Source of the DNA: Tubulanus polymorphus
Taxonomy: Eukaryota; Animalia; Nemertea
Reading direction: 5' to 3'
Length of the DNA: 64,000 nucleotides
Assembly: GCF_964204645.1 (NCBI RefSeq)
Contig: NC_134032.1
Coordinates: 1,732,416 to 1,796,415 of the forward strand
In this document: positions 1 through 12,967 of the stretch, piece after piece
Numbering within the stretch: position 1 is the first letter of the stretch
How the letters are laid out: every line of letters starts with the position of its first letter
Translations under genes and position numbers: made by a program
The notes under the pieces: model-generated
What the model was told of the DNA's origin: nothing
The model's input: only the letters and a program-made list of their open reading frames with translations
Databases searched by the model: none

Positions 1-1839
1 CTTAGTCTATAAATATTTCAGGCGTCCTCAAGACCAGTGGAGTCTCCTGTCGAGGAAAAAAAAAACGAAAATCGTGTAGTTGAGGTAGGCCTATGAAAAT
101 TAAACATTTAATGAAATAAGTTTTTTGGAATTTAAAATTGAGAAGGGCTACAATGTGTATCTGAATTTCAGGATCCTGTGAGTGTGCCTGAAACAAGTGG
201 CGTGAACTTGATTCACGAGATCAATATAAGGTAAATTACTACATGCTTAGCTTAAAAACATGTAATAGGCCTACCTGGTTAATAGTGATGAATAATCTAT
301 CATTACTGGGTAATTATCATTGTAGTGAAGGTTCATATGTAGCCCTATACCAAGAGGGCCAGAAAGGCAGAAAGCACCTTTACTTCGGAGTGGTATGTTT
401 CATCGGCTAAATTTTAACTGAAAAAAAGGAGAAATAGAATTCATGTACGGATAGTTATATATTCAACTATTTGCAGATTCTGGAAATATCGAATGACGGA
501 GAAACAATGTCGGTGCAATTTTTGGAACAATATTGCAATAAAAATCTGTTCGTTTGGCCGGACGTGGAGCTCATAGAAGATCATCCGGTTGAAAATATTG
601 TAAACAGCTTGGAACCACCTGAAGTAGTGAACACAAGGATTCAGATGGTTTTCCGGGCTGCCGAATTTGTGAAAAGTTGCGATTTATTTGCTTGCATATG
701 TACATAAATGTTTTACTGTACTGTTGATAATATATACACGTATTTGTTGTTAAGAAAAAATTATTTAAATCATTAAAGTTATTTCTGTTATTGGCTACGA
801 TTATGTATTATCTCTTTATTCTACAGTCGTAAGATGTTTTATAATATTTATTAGCCTACCGGCACCAGTAGGCCTATTTAGTTGTGCAATAAAAATGTGC
901 TGTTGTTAGTGTTTTGCCTTTAATAGACCTACATACATTCTCAGTTTTCCATTTTATTACCTTCTTATCTAACGGTCCTCCTTTCAGGTGTGATGAATTT
1001 TAGGATCAATTTCCCAAGCCAAACATTCTTCGTGTTTGCATGATTAAGCAGTCATCTCCCGTCACTTACAGTCTAGGCCACCGTTTGATTTCCAACGTGA
1101 CAACCATGTAGTTTGTATGACAGTTAAGATACAGTTTTGGTATCTAAAGCTTAGGTGTGAAAGATAACGGTACATCATCTATCTAATAATCCATCAAAAT
1201 CCACGTGGAAACACCGTAATCTGGCAATCTTCCAAATCATTTCCGGGTTTGACTTCTGGGCACATCTATTCGTCGCATTGGGGACGGTGGGTAGCGTAAA
1301 GCCGAGGGAATATCAAAAAATGAAAACCGGCTCGTGATTTTTCTGAAACGCGCATGGAAATTCGAATTTTTTATGTTATAAGCCATCTAATAGGCAATAT
1401 ATATCAAATATTAAACAAAATGCGATCTATGTTTTGTCTTAATTACCTAGACGAAAAACTCCCTCCAACGGCCATTTGTGCGGTTGTGATGCTACCATCC
1501 CTAACAAATTGGTATAACCCATATCCCCCATAAACAACATGGTATCGCCCGTTTTCAATAGCATACAAGCTGCGTTTAAATCGGCGTACAGAGCATTTCC
1601 GAACTTACGTGTTAGGTTTCCGAATTTACGTGACCGCGGCTTCCGAAATTACGTCGGCATAAAAAACTTTAAAAATCAGTGCGTTTATCTATTCAAACCC
1701 CCCAAAAAAATGATTTTGACAATAATTTGGGCAAAAAACAAAAATACATCTCGGAGCTTAATTGCCGATTACTGCTAATAATTGACGGAATCCACCGATC
1801 AAAATCGCATTTCTGTAAATGTATTCCGAACTTACGTGG
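1..1839 (+). mobile_element. 3' part of pogo/Fot1-like DNA transposon (copy 1; runs off the window start), last four transposase exons
   Basis: Near-identical to 11129-12967 (offset 11128). Last exon ILEISND...ACICT* ends at 707. Subterminal TTCCGAAHTTACGT motifs at ~1597-1654 and ~1824-1839. Confidence 0.88.
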
Positions 1840-2296
1840 ATTAATAATCATATAAAATTCGAATTGTGGGATTTCTTTAATTAGCGTTAAGATATTCGGG
1901 TCTTTTCCAAGATTTCGATATGAAATTTTTTACAAAAGTAAACCACCGAGTACACCGAGTTGTTTTGGGGTATAAGCATCAAATCTATACAGGGTTTACT
2001 GCTGATGTACTGCTGATACAACGGGCCTTTTCTACGATTTTGATATGAAATTCGACCATGCATGCGATACGTCTTTATCAAAATCTACGCGCGGTATAAG
2101 CTAAATCTAACTCATACAGAATCTTCAGGGCCATATACAGCCAGAAGACCCTGATATTTCAACCAATCAATGATGAATCAATTAAGTACACCTTAGGGTA
2201 TCAATTACAATTGGAAACAGCATCTTCAGGGCCAAAGGTAGCCAGACAATCTGGATCTTTCATTGGAAATCAGTTCAGTAAAAATCCCCCAAAATT

Positions 2297-2512
2297 GAGA
2301 GGGCGCCACGAGCTGGTCATAGAGCCAGCGGGCTACGAGTTCACAGCGAAGTGAGCGTCACGAGCGTTGCTAGAGAGGGCGCCACGAGCTGGTCATAGAG
2401 CCAGCGGGCTACGAGTTCACAGCGAAGTGGCGTCACGAGCGCTGCTAGAGAGGGCGCCACGAGCTGGTCATAGATCCTGCGGCCTACGAGTTCACAGCGA
2501 AGTGGCGTCACG
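2297..2512. repeat. ~76-bp GC-rich tandem repeat, about 3 copies
   Basis: Unit GAGGGCGCCACGAGCTGGTCATAGAGCCAGCGGGCTACGAGTTCACAGCGAAGTG... is repeated; duplicated at ~13425-13640. Confidence 0.85.
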
Positions 2513-2974
2513 TCTCTTGCGCTGAGAATAACGGTCTTCACAGATGACAGAGAAGTTTTCAAACTGATTTTGATATGAGTCAAATAACCTGTATTTCGCT
2601 TGTATAAAACTGACAGTCAATTACAACCTGTTCAGACGTTTTACTATACTGAACATATCACACCATTTACAATGGTACAACGAACATTTTCATTCAATTT
2701 AGCTTCAATTTCATATTCTACACAAATAATAAACTTTCACAAATTTTAGAAAATTGAGTTAGATCTCTGAGGAATGTGATGCGAACGATAAATCTTACAA
2801 ATGAATTGCCGCTATAATAAAGACTTGAATGATATCTTTTATATGAACGCTGAATTAATTTTCCAATACGCGAGAGAGTACTGTCAGTTCCAGAACATTC
2901 ATACTCTGAGACAGTCATAGTAAACTCTCAGACAGTCAGTACACTCTCAGACAGTCAGTACACTCTTACGAATC

Positions 2975-3925
2975 ATGAATTCAACTCAGATGCAAATTGG
3001 CAGAGTTTATAACAGTTATATCGTTCTCATGTCTGTGGTTAACAAGTCTGGAATCTACCGCACTGTGACATTGGCCTTTCTACCCGTCGTGTTCATGTTA
3101 GGAGCCTTCGGAAATTCGGCTACTTTTCTGATAATGATAAGTCGCAGATTCCGCAGTTTATCTTACGCTAACTATCTGATCATTCTGTCTGCTAGTGATT
3201 TTGTCTACTGCATCAGTTTAACGCTGATGCCCGTTTTACAGTTTGTTCTCTTGCGCGATAAAGACGGTCCGATATTCTTCATGAATTCGCTGATAGTTTG
3301 CAAAATCTACGAGTTTGTAATGACTCTTGCCGGTGGCAATAGCGCGTGGTTTATAGTAGCGATATCTCTAGAACGCGTGGCGGTTGTGCTCTTCCCGATC
3401 AAATCTCGTTTGATATGTACACCGAGAGTGGCTAGATTTGTTATATTGATAATTACCGTAGTAAATTCGTTGTTTCTATATCTCACACCTACTTTGTCGA
3501 TACAGTTTACTGACCAGTCTTTTGGATGTTTCTACAAGTTGATTGATCAGATTACAGCTTTTGCCATAATTGTCATCCACCTTGTGGTTTTACCATTAAC
3601 TCTGATCATTGCATCAAATTCTGTCATAATAATTCAGTTATTCAGAGGTTCAAAATTGGTGTCGTCCGATCAGAAAACCGCGAAATCAAAACGTACGACA
3701 ATAATGCTCGTAACGGTTTCACTCGCATTTGCAATATTTACACTTCCAACCACTATAACAGTATTTTTACCAATCTCTCAGGAGAAGAAAGATTTTTATT
3801 ATGATATTTTCACTCAATTCTATGTTTGTAACTTTGTGATAAATTTTTACATATATCTTTTACTGGGACGGGAAATTGGTGAATATTTCTGTATGAAAAT
3901 CCGCTGTAGAAATGCAGTGAAATAA
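2975..3925 (+). CDS. Intronless class A GPCR, family A copy A1 (316 aa), chemoreceptor-like
   Basis: Seven hydrophobic segments; GN in TM1, LSASD in TM2, Cys at top of TM3, SLERV (DRY variant), TM6 TLP, NFYIY (NPxxY variant). Confidence 0.92.
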   Translation: MNSTQMQIGRVYNSYIVLMSVVNKSGIYRTVTLAFLPVVFMLGAFGNSATFLIMISRRFRSLSYANYLIILSASDFVYCISLTLMPVLQFVLLRDKDGPIFFMNSLIVCKIYEFVMTLAGGNSAWFIVAISLERVAVVLFPIKSRLICTPRVARFVILIITVVNSLFLYLTPTLSIQFTDQSFGCFYKLIDQITAFAIIVIHLVVLPLTLIIASNSVIIIQLFRGSKLVSSDQKTAKSKRTTIMLVTVSLAFAIFTLPTTITVFLPISQEKKDFYYDIFTQFYVCNFVINFYIYLLLGREIGEYFCMKIRCRNAVK

Positions 3926-4051
3926 TCATTGATGACTTTATCCGACATGAACTCAAGAAATTATAGAATAGAAAATTGCAGTCAAGGCCATTTAAAATTG
4001 ATACCGTGTTTTCGCTGTACACTGGTTTCTCAAAAGCGACGCAGGAGCCTG

Positions 4052-4236
4052 GGGCCGGTTCCATAGTGAAGACCTAAGACCAAAAGTGGTCTCAAGTCTT
4101 AAGACTGGGCTTAAGTTGTTAAATTAGCTATATAACTAAGTTGGTCTTAGACTGATCTTAAGTTGTTAGATTAGCTATAGAACTAAGTTGGTCTTAGAAC
4201 GGTCTTAAATTTAAGCCCTGACTATGGAACTGGCTT
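4052..4236. mobile_element. MITE family 1 (GGGCCGGTTCCATAGT termini, CWG flanks; Harbinger-like)
   Basis: Terminal inverted repeats and an internal 47-bp repeat. Other copies at 15183-15414, 45452-45587 and partial ~58775-58850. Confidence 0.8.
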
Positions 4237-5235
4237 CAGGTGTTTTTTTATTTAGTTAAGATAAACCTTGAAATAGAATATTTCGAGAAAGATATGGAGG
4301 AAGAGCATGAAGTCAAATTTCTATCTTTATTGAGGTAGAAAGTGCAGTGAGGATGACAAGAGGGATCGAAATCCCCGTGTGCAGTCGGTCTAATTAACTA
4401 GGCTTCAGAGAAAGTCCTCGACAAGAACATTAAAACTGAAATACAGTGTTTATGAAATGTATATTAATACGATAACATCAGTAGCTGGGAGTGAGAATAT
4501 GATAATTATAAAACATATCACTGATTAATGTAGAAATATCGTTATAACATTCAACACTTTTCATATGACATTAAGAATTTCGAGTTATGTTGGAAGTAAG
4601 AATTAAATGAAGGTCGATCAAATAGGTCAAGTATCGGGGACTATCTTCCACGATTATAGAACATGTCAAAATATTCACATGGCGCTAACCATCACAGACT
4701 CGAACCTGGGACCTAGCTCTCCAGCCACTAAGCCATAGACTAGTGAAACTCGGTGTTGCAAGGGGTTGTCTAGTCAGTGGTGCCCAGTGCGTTGTCTGGT
4801 GACGAGTCAAGTGTAGTGTCTCACAACCAACATCCTTTAATCTCAAGTTTCATATCGTGTTTACTAGCGGAAAATTCTCTACCGAGATCTCGCTGAATCA
4901 GTAGCACGTCAAACATTCTAAAACTCGTAGTGAATTCGGCGCCCAGAATGTTAACAAAATCTTTACAATCATAGACCTGATACATAGACTATGCATGTCC
5001 TATGAATATGTATATGCTTCCACTATCCGTAGGCATACAGTTCTGGAAATTACAGCCTTTGATGCTGTAAACCGTGTGGCCACCGCGGGTCGACACAATA
5101 ACGACAACGCAGAAGATGATTATTGTACTTCAGAACTCAAGCGAATATCGGGATTGAGGAAGGCAGTGTCTGATCAGAGCGAATCGAGTAAACGGTCTCT
5201 CTTGCGGTTTTCCGTATCGAATTTTCGATAGCGCA

Positions 5236-6258
5236 ATGTCGGTGAATGAAACGTCAGACCCGGGGCAGGTTTGCTGTGTTCCCTGTAACGCTTCGATCGT
5301 ATTAAACTACAGGGCGATAATGACTTATGCGCGGGGCTCGTTTTATTCGATCGGTATCATCTCGAACTGTCTCGCGTTTGTTGTACTCCATCTGATGACA
5401 CTCGGAGGTAGCAGTATTCTATATTTGAAGATGCTGGCTGTAGCTGATTGCGTGAACTGTCTGACCGGGCTGTTCGGGCGCGAGATGTTGTTTGTTTCGA
5501 CCTCGTTAGAATATCTTCACTATAACCACATTTATCAACAATATAAACGCCATGTTTATCTTTACGTGGACGCCATCTTCCAGATGACGACGACCACAAG
5601 TTCGTGGCTACTGTTCGCATTAAGCTTAGACCGCTATGTAGCTATCAGATTCCCGCTGTCTGCTAGGAATATATGCACGATTCGTAACGCAGTTCGTGTT
5701 TCGGTTGCTATTTGGATTCTAACATTTATTTTCGATTTTCCGACGATTTGGGATCTAGAAACGTACTTTAGGATGCCCGGTCAGCCTTGTAAATATGTTG
5801 TACAAAGGAAACTCCTGCTTAAGAATAAACAATACGCTTTGTATTACGATTTTGTATTTGGCAAAATTGTGCTGAAGTTTATTCCGGGTTTGATTGTTTT
5901 AGGTTGTAACGTACACATGATGATGTTGGTTCGGTTGGCGGCTCGTCTGAGACACAAACTTCAACAAATCGACGTCAAAGATGAAGCTTCGACGAATAGT
6001 AAACAAGGACGACAAATAACTCTGACGATATTAGCTTTAAATATAGTATTTATGGTTGAATATGGAATGTCTTTAATAAACACATTTATACCGGCGATTT
6101 TACCCGATGGATACACATATCGTCCGTATCATTCGGGGCAGTTGTTACACGCTATCAATGCTATGATAAATCTATTCGTTTATTTAGGAATTCGAAAAGG
6201 TTTTGGAGAAACTTTAGTTTGGTTTTTGAGTTGTCGTCGGTTTGGAAAGCGAGTGTAG
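5236..6258 (+). CDS. Intronless class A GPCR, family B copy B1 (340 aa), FMRFamide/peptide-receptor-like
   Basis: 7TM; LAVAD in TM2, SLDRYVAIRFPL, TM4 Trp/Pro, NLFVY in TM7; N-terminal NET and NAS sequons. Confidence 0.92.
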   Translation: MSVNETSDPGQVCCVPCNASIVLNYRAIMTYARGSFYSIGIISNCLAFVVLHLMTLGGSSILYLKMLAVADCVNCLTGLFGREMLFVSTSLEYLHYNHIYQQYKRHVYLYVDAIFQMTTTTSSWLLFALSLDRYVAIRFPLSARNICTIRNAVRVSVAIWILTFIFDFPTIWDLETYFRMPGQPCKYVVQRKLLLKNKQYALYYDFVFGKIVLKFIPGLIVLGCNVHMMMLVRLAARLRHKLQQIDVKDEASTNSKQGRQITLTILALNIVFMVEYGMSLINTFIPAILPDGYTYRPYHSGQLLHAINAMINLFVYLGIRKGFGETLVWFLSCRRFGKRV

Positions 6259-6279
6259 TATAAGATGAGCAAGATGTAA

Positions 6280-6995
6280 TGTGGGGGTTACAATGGTGGG
6301 AACAGGGACACCCCCTGGTGCGCATCTGTCACCACCGGGATCTTTGAATTTCGCTTGAGTGAGTGAAAATACCACAAAACGCCCAAGAAGAAAACAACTC
6401 TCAGCACACAGAGTTCCTGTCTTCGGTAGTACTTTATTCAGCGAACTGATCTCAACGATCTAGATGGTTACAGCTGTCTCCATCAACCGTCCAAAACAAC
6501 TAGTATATATAGTTCGCTTCTTAATTATCTTATCGATAAAGACATTACCTAAACGGTAAAAATTGTCGTTAGCCCAACCTGAGTTGGATGAAAAACCATT
6601 CAATCTAAAGTGACGTGACGATGAACGTGACATTTTCTCATTGATTTCTGTCTATATACGTGACATTTCTCATTAAATTCTGACGTAAAGTTTGAAGCAG
6701 TTGTTGATCCCAAAATCCGACATTTTCACATTAATTCATGTCACAAAGTTTGAGCTATCTTTTGAAGCAGCAGTTCTCTATTTATGAATCGAACTGCTGT
6801 TGAAAATCAATAACATAAATCAATCCATAACCCAAATCAATAGTACTGCTGTCAGACCTCTGTTTGCAGTGAGACAACTCTGATGAATCAGTTTCAGATT
6901 CGAACCCTTTTTTTATGCACTCATTTCTAGTACGTATTCCTCAGAATCAGTGTCGGACCGGGCTCGAACCTGGGACACCCCTATACTCCCCCACA
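6280..6995 (-). mobile_element. Solo-LTR-like element
   Basis: TGTGGGGG...CCCCCACA termini; minus-strand TATA-like tract (~6504-6511) followed by AATAAA (~6433-6438). No matching TSD seen. Second copy at 17450-18156. Confidence 0.45.
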
Positions 6996-7234
6996 CTCTT
7001 AATCGGTATGAATTGAAACTGGAATTTCGCGATCTGACGATTCAAACTAATTACATTTTTGTCGTAGAAAAAAACACCGACAGAATATGTTTCAAAAAGT
7101 GTCCAAGTATTTCAGAAACCCGGACATAACGTTTTCAGCGACAAACGCGTGATTTTTGTCCAAACGTTTAGGTTAAAGTCTGTGCTGTTCTCTATGCGGG
7201 CTTTTAATTGACGAGGTTGAACGATAAACAGCAG

Positions 7235-7342
7235 GACCCAGTTCCACAGTTGTGAGTTAGAGTTAACTCAGAGTTAAAGTTAGTTCATTTTCAATGTTTT
7301 AACCCAGGGTCAAATCTTAACTCACAACTGTGGAACTGGACC
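7235..7342. mobile_element. MITE family 2 (hairpin, GACCCAGTTCCACAGTTGTGAGTTA termini, CAG TSD)
   Basis: Long TIRs with CAG on both sides. Copies at 18396-18503, 23097-23389 (compound) and 50790-50899. Confidence 0.85.
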
Positions 7343-7710
7343 CAGATCGACACAGATCTTATATTTCACATTTCTAACTCTTAGACATTGTCGAATCTGC
7401 TAGAATATTTTACTTTGAAATATATATTTTCACCTCTACAATAGGTCCTTGTTGGGGAATTATTCTTAATCTACTTAGGCCTACATTCATTTTACAACAA
7501 TAGAATGTCATAAATCTGTTTTATAATTTGTGTGAGAATTGATTTCTCATTTGATGCGGTCAATAGAACCGTACGGATGAATAATATCGCCGGAGACTTT
7601 AACGATTTCTAAAACGTGGAAAATAAATTTCCGATAATGCGAGAGGACGCGGCCGGTCTCCATTCATTATAAGACGGTCAGTACACTAACACGCGATTCT
7701 AGTATAGATC

Positions 7711-7745
7711 ATGAATTTAACTCAGATGATGATTGGTCGAACTTA
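7711..7745 (+). pseudogene. 35-bp 5' stub of GPCR family A gene C, truncated by transposon insertion
   Basis: ATGAATTTAACTCAGATGATGATTGGTCGAACTTA is identical to 18872-18906, then switches to transposon sequence. Confidence 0.9.
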
Positions 7746-10700
7746 GGGTAACTCACTGTAATTTCGCAAGACCACATAAGTTCGGAAGTTTTCTTCTACA
7801 GCCTCTCCGCGGTCGCGGAGAGGGAATACCTATTTGGACTAGCTTAAATTTGAAAAAGGGGGAGTAGGTTGGTATTTCCTGGGAATTCCACGGGAATGCG
7901 CGCCATTTTGATGACGTAGTACGCATTTCTTTCTGGCACACGAAATCAGCGCGGCAAATCGCTAAAGTCGGTCACGTAAGTACACTATTGATTCGACCCG
8001 CTTTTACGGCATTTCGTGGCAGCCGATACGTAAACACTGCCGCGAAGTTCTAGGAAGCCGATAGTTTGTTTATAAACATTCATTTACTATCGGAATACGC
8101 TCATTGTTACATAAACGGCGATTTTCAAAAACTCAAACGCCTACACATAATTTCGGAAATCCCATACCCAGCTTTCACGGCTCCTCCACGTAATTTCGGA
8201 AGTTCCGAAATAATGTATAATTGTTATTGCGTATGTTTACACAGCTGTTTTTCCTAGAAATGAACGATTCTATTTCTAATTCAAAACAACAAACAACTTT
8301 TTTAGATTAAAATTGAATTTATTTAAGCTTAGGCCTATAATTAGTTGGACCTTGTGGCTAATGACTGTAGCAGCCTAATAAAATTAAAACAAATTGAAAA
8401 ACTACCACAAATTGAAGGTCTTAGACCCTGCTGTTTTATCGGCCCGAGGACAGTGCCCTTTCCCTGTAAGCATTGATTAATTTAAAATTTGGTTTTATTT
8501 CCAGGATGCCAAAGGTTTATTGCAAATGGTCAGAAGACCAAATGACCAACGCGATTGAATCAGTGAAATCAGGCTCTTCGATATTGAGAGCAGCCAGTGA
8601 GTTTTCTGTACCAAAATCAACTCTGCATGATAGAGTTAGTGGAAAAATCTGTCATGCAACAGCAAAATTAGGCAGGCCGACCCATCTCAGCATGGTGGAT
8701 GAGACACAACTTGCAGACTTTGCAAAGAACCGAGCTGATTTGGGGTATGGGTTTTCGAAAAGTAATTTTATGAGGTATGCTGGTGATTTGGCACTCAAAC
8801 GCGGCAAACCATTCCAGGAGGTATGTCTATTGACTTGTGATCTGTTAATTCTCAGCTTGGTATGTAGGCCTATAAGTTAAAAAAATCTATATATATATAT
8901 ACCGGTATTTATATCTGTAGGTTGTTCCTAGTGACCAGTTTTGGGCTGGCTTTAAAGCCAGACACCCAAGTGTATCGTTGCGAAAGCCAGAGGGCACTGC
9001 TGCTGTTAGGCACCAGTGCATGAACGTGAAAAAAGTAGGCAGCTATTTCAAGGCCATCCAGAGTGCATTGGCTGGTATTCAGCCAATGTACATCTGGAAC
9101 CTTGACGAAACCGGGGTTCAGTTGACCCACGTACCAGGGAAAATCGTAGCAAGGTAGGGCAAATTGATGATTTTTGATGTAACGAACTGGCCAATTACAC
9201 TGATCTTATTACAACTATATTCTTATTGTTAATATATCATCTAGAAACAGTTAAATTTTACAATTCTCTGCTGATACCTTAATGAATAGGCCTACTTGGT
9301 TTTTTCAGAAAAGGAAGCAAGTACGTTCAGTCACGGATTAGCGGAAACCGGGAGACGATTACTGTTATGGCGTGTGGTAATGCCTCAGGGCAAATGCTGG
9401 CACCACACGTCATATTCAAAGGAAAACTGTCGCTTCGCTGCAATCGGTGGATTCGATAAATGCTCCGGCTGGAACAACTCTGTCAGTTTCAGAAACAGGG
9501 TGGACTAAACAGGTATTTATTAAAACAACAAAAATATTAAACAATTATTTGAAATCCACCATATTCTAACCATTAAATGTATTTTATCTTTGAATTTTAT
9601 AGGGTATTGCCACACTTTGGTTTCGAGAAAGCTTCCTTCCGGCAATCGGACAAACATGTCCACAAATATTAATTTCAGATGGCCATAATAGTCACAACTT
9701 TCTAGAACTAGTCGAATTAGCCAGACAGAACGAAATCACTCTAGTTGAGTTGCCAGAGCATACATCACACTGGCTGCAACCCCTAGATAGGTAACACCAC
9801 AATCCTTTTCTTAACTCTTTGTAGTATATTGTAGCAATAATATTAATGGTTTATTTTTACATAAACAGAACGTGTTTCAAGACTTTAAAATCTAGCTGGA
9901 ACCGCTTATGTCAAGAATTCTCCAATGATTACCCGGGGAGAGTGATAAACAAAAGCTGCTTCTTCGAAATATTTCGCAAGGCTTGGCAGAGCATTTCACC
10001 AGATATGCTTATCAATGGTTTCAGGTCTTGCGGAATATTTCCTTTCAACCCATATGCCATACCAAACGAGGCGTACTTACCGTCTACAACAACTGTTCGC
10101 GATATAGTGAGTTATACATTCATATATGTATTGTATCGGCTAAAATGTCCTCATATATAAGTGACTAGCATTTATTTATATTCAGATATCAGATCCTGCT
10201 TCATTATTGCCAATACAATCATTTGAATTGAATCAAAATCCACCAAGCGAGGTAACATATTACAATTATGCAATAGAATTTGAAAAATTTACGTTTTTCT
10301 TGATGAATTTTGTTCCATAGTTACACTAATAACAGTTGACGATAGCGTTATGATTGCTTTAACAAACTTTTAGAATTACTTCTGTGTTTCAGCATTTTTC
10401 TGTCCTTGGAGAGCTGCTACATGCAAGATATCCTTTTAAAAACCTGAATAAACCTGAATAAATTTGCAAGAAACTGAAATGAATTCAATTCAAAATATTT
10501 TATTCTAACTTTTGAAAATTAGTGAAAGATACTTATACTGTTTGATATTTTTTTCAGGCTCTACCGGTGAACAATTCTCGTTCTTATAGTACTGCGCTAC
10601 AGACGTTGGAGTCGGTTATCTCACCTGAAATGAAAATACAATTTGAACGTCGATACAATGAGGGATATGATGTCGCGGGAGATTCCCTGTATGAGGCATG

Positions 10701-12967
10701 GAAATCCCTGAAATCAAACGAAATTAACATTCATTCCAACATTTTCAACAATTCATCATCGCCAGGTGAGACTCAAATGAAATGGGTCTGTTTGATTCAA
10801 CTAATTGTTAGAACGTGAAATTACCTTTCTAATCTCATTTTCAAGCTGACTCGGACAAGGATGTTTTAAAATATCCGATTGTGGAAAGTCGTCGCTCGAA
10901 AAATCGCACAGAAGATTCGAAACGATATTTCATCCTCACAGCAGATGATGCCTATGCGAAAGCTCTCGAGAAAAATCGGAAAAAAGAAGAGAAAGAAAAC
11001 AAGAAATTAGAACGACAAGAGAGAAATAAGAAATGTGCAACAAGTGTAAGTTTCAGGGACAACCTCCGGTCGAGTTGTGAGTTCATTCATTTCCCGGTAC
11101 ATCGTGATGATTCTTGACCTGCTAGGTACTTAGTCTATAAATATTTCAGGCGTCCTCAAGACCAGTGGAGTCTCCTGTCGAGGAAAAAAAAAACGAAAAT
11201 CGTGTAGTTGAGGTAGGCCTATGAAAATTAAACATTTAATGAAATAAGTTTTTTGGAATTTAAAATTGAGAAGGGCTACAATGTGTATCTGAATTTCAGG
11301 ATCCTGTGAGTGTGCCTGAAACAAGTGGCGTGAACTTGATTCACGAGATCAATATAAGGTAAATTACTACATGCTTAGCTTAAAAACATGTAATAGGCCT
11401 ACCTGGTTAATAGTGATGAATAATCTATCATTACTGGGTTATTATCATTGTAGTGAAGGTTCATATGTAGCCCTATACCAAGAGGGCCAGAAAGGCAGAA
11501 AGCACCTTTACTTCGGAGTGGTATGTTTCATCGGCTAAATTTTAACTGAAAAAAAGGAGAAGTAGAATTCATGTACGGATAGTTATATATTCAACTATTT
11601 GCAGATTCTGGAAATATCGAATGACGGAGAAACAATGTCGGTGCAATTTTTGGAACAATATTGCAATAAAAATCTGTTCGTTTGGCCGGACGTGGAGCTC
11701 ATAGAAGATCATCCGGTTGAAAATATTGTAAACAGCTTGGAACCACCTGAAGTAGTGAACACAAGGATTCAGATGGTTTTCCGGGCTGCCGAATTTGTGA
11801 AAAGTTGCGATTTATTTGCTTGCATATGTACATAAATGTTTTACTGTACTGTTGATAATATATACACGTATTTGTTGTTAAGAAAAAATTATTTAAATCA
11901 TTAAAGTTATTTCTGTTATTGGCTACGATTATGTATTATCTCTTTATTCTACAGTCGTAAGATGTTTTATAATATTTATTAGCCTACCGGCACCAGTAGG
12001 CCTATTTAGTTGTGCAATAAAAATGTGCTGTTGTTAGTGTTTTGCCTTTAATAGACCTACATACATTCTCAGTTTTCCATTTTATTACCTTCTTATCTAA
12101 CGGTCCTCCTTTCAGGTGTGATGAATTTTAGGATCAATTTCCCAAGCCAAACATTCTTCGTGTTTGCATGATTAAGCAGTCATCTCCCGTCACTTACAGT
12201 CTAGGCCACCGTTTGATTTCCAACGTGACAACCATGTAGTTTGTATGACAGTTAAGATACAGTTTTGGTATCTAAAGCTTAGGTGTGAAAGATAACGGTA
12301 CATCATCTATCTAATAATCCATCAAAATCCACGTGGAAACACCGTAATCTGGCAATCTTCCAAATCATTTCCGGGTTTGACTTCTGGGCACATCTATTCG
12401 TCGCATTGGGGACGGTGGGTAGCGTAAAGCCGAGGGAATATCAAAAAATGAAAACCGGCTCGTGATTTTTCTGAAACGCGCATGGAAATTCGAATTTTTT
12501 ATGTTATAAGCCATCTAATAGGCAATATATATCAAATATTAAACAAAATGCGATCTATGTTTTGTCTTAATTACCTAGACGAAAAACTCCCTCCAACGGC
12601 CATTTGTGCGGTTGTGATGCTACCATCCCTAACAAATTGGTATAACCCATATCCCCCATAAACAACATGGTATCGCCCGTTTTCAATAGCATACAAGCTG
12701 CGTTTAAATCGGCGTACAGAGCATTTCCGAACTTACGTGTTAGGTTTCCGAATTTACGTGACCGCGGCTTCCGAAATTACGTCGGCATAAAAAACTTTAA
12801 AAATCAGTGCGTTTATCTATTCAAACCCCCCCAAAAAATGATTTTGACAATAATTTGGGCAAAAAACAAAAATACATCTCGGAGCTTAATTGCCGATTAC
12901 TGCTAATAATTGACGGAATCCACCGATCAAAATCGCATTTCTATAAATGTATTCCGAACTTACGTGG
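7746..12967 (+). mobile_element. pogo/Fot1-like (Tc1/mariner superfamily) DNA transposon, ~5.2 kb, right terminus truncated
   Basis: Begins after (T)TA with GGGTAACTCACTGTAATTTCG. Left-end CACRTAADTTCGGAA motifs are mirrored by right-end TTCCGAAHTTACGT motifs. Encodes a DD35D transposase. Confidence 0.88.
8506..11835 (+). pseudogene. 12-exon pogo-type transposase (psq HTH + CENP-B HTH + DDE_1, DD35D) with a 1-bp frameshift in exon 3
   Basis: Approximate exons 8506-8820, 8921-9153, 9309-9512, 9603-9790, 9869-10106, 10186-10251, 10558-10765, 10846-11046, 11150-11212, 11300-11358, 11454-11520, 11605-11835, all GT-AG. Motifs [44 protein letters not shown]. Confidence 0.88.

Noticed and set aside
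6880-6910. Hammerhead candidate CTGATGAATC...GATTCGAAC
   Set aside because: Lacks GAAA and a correctly registered stem II/stem I.
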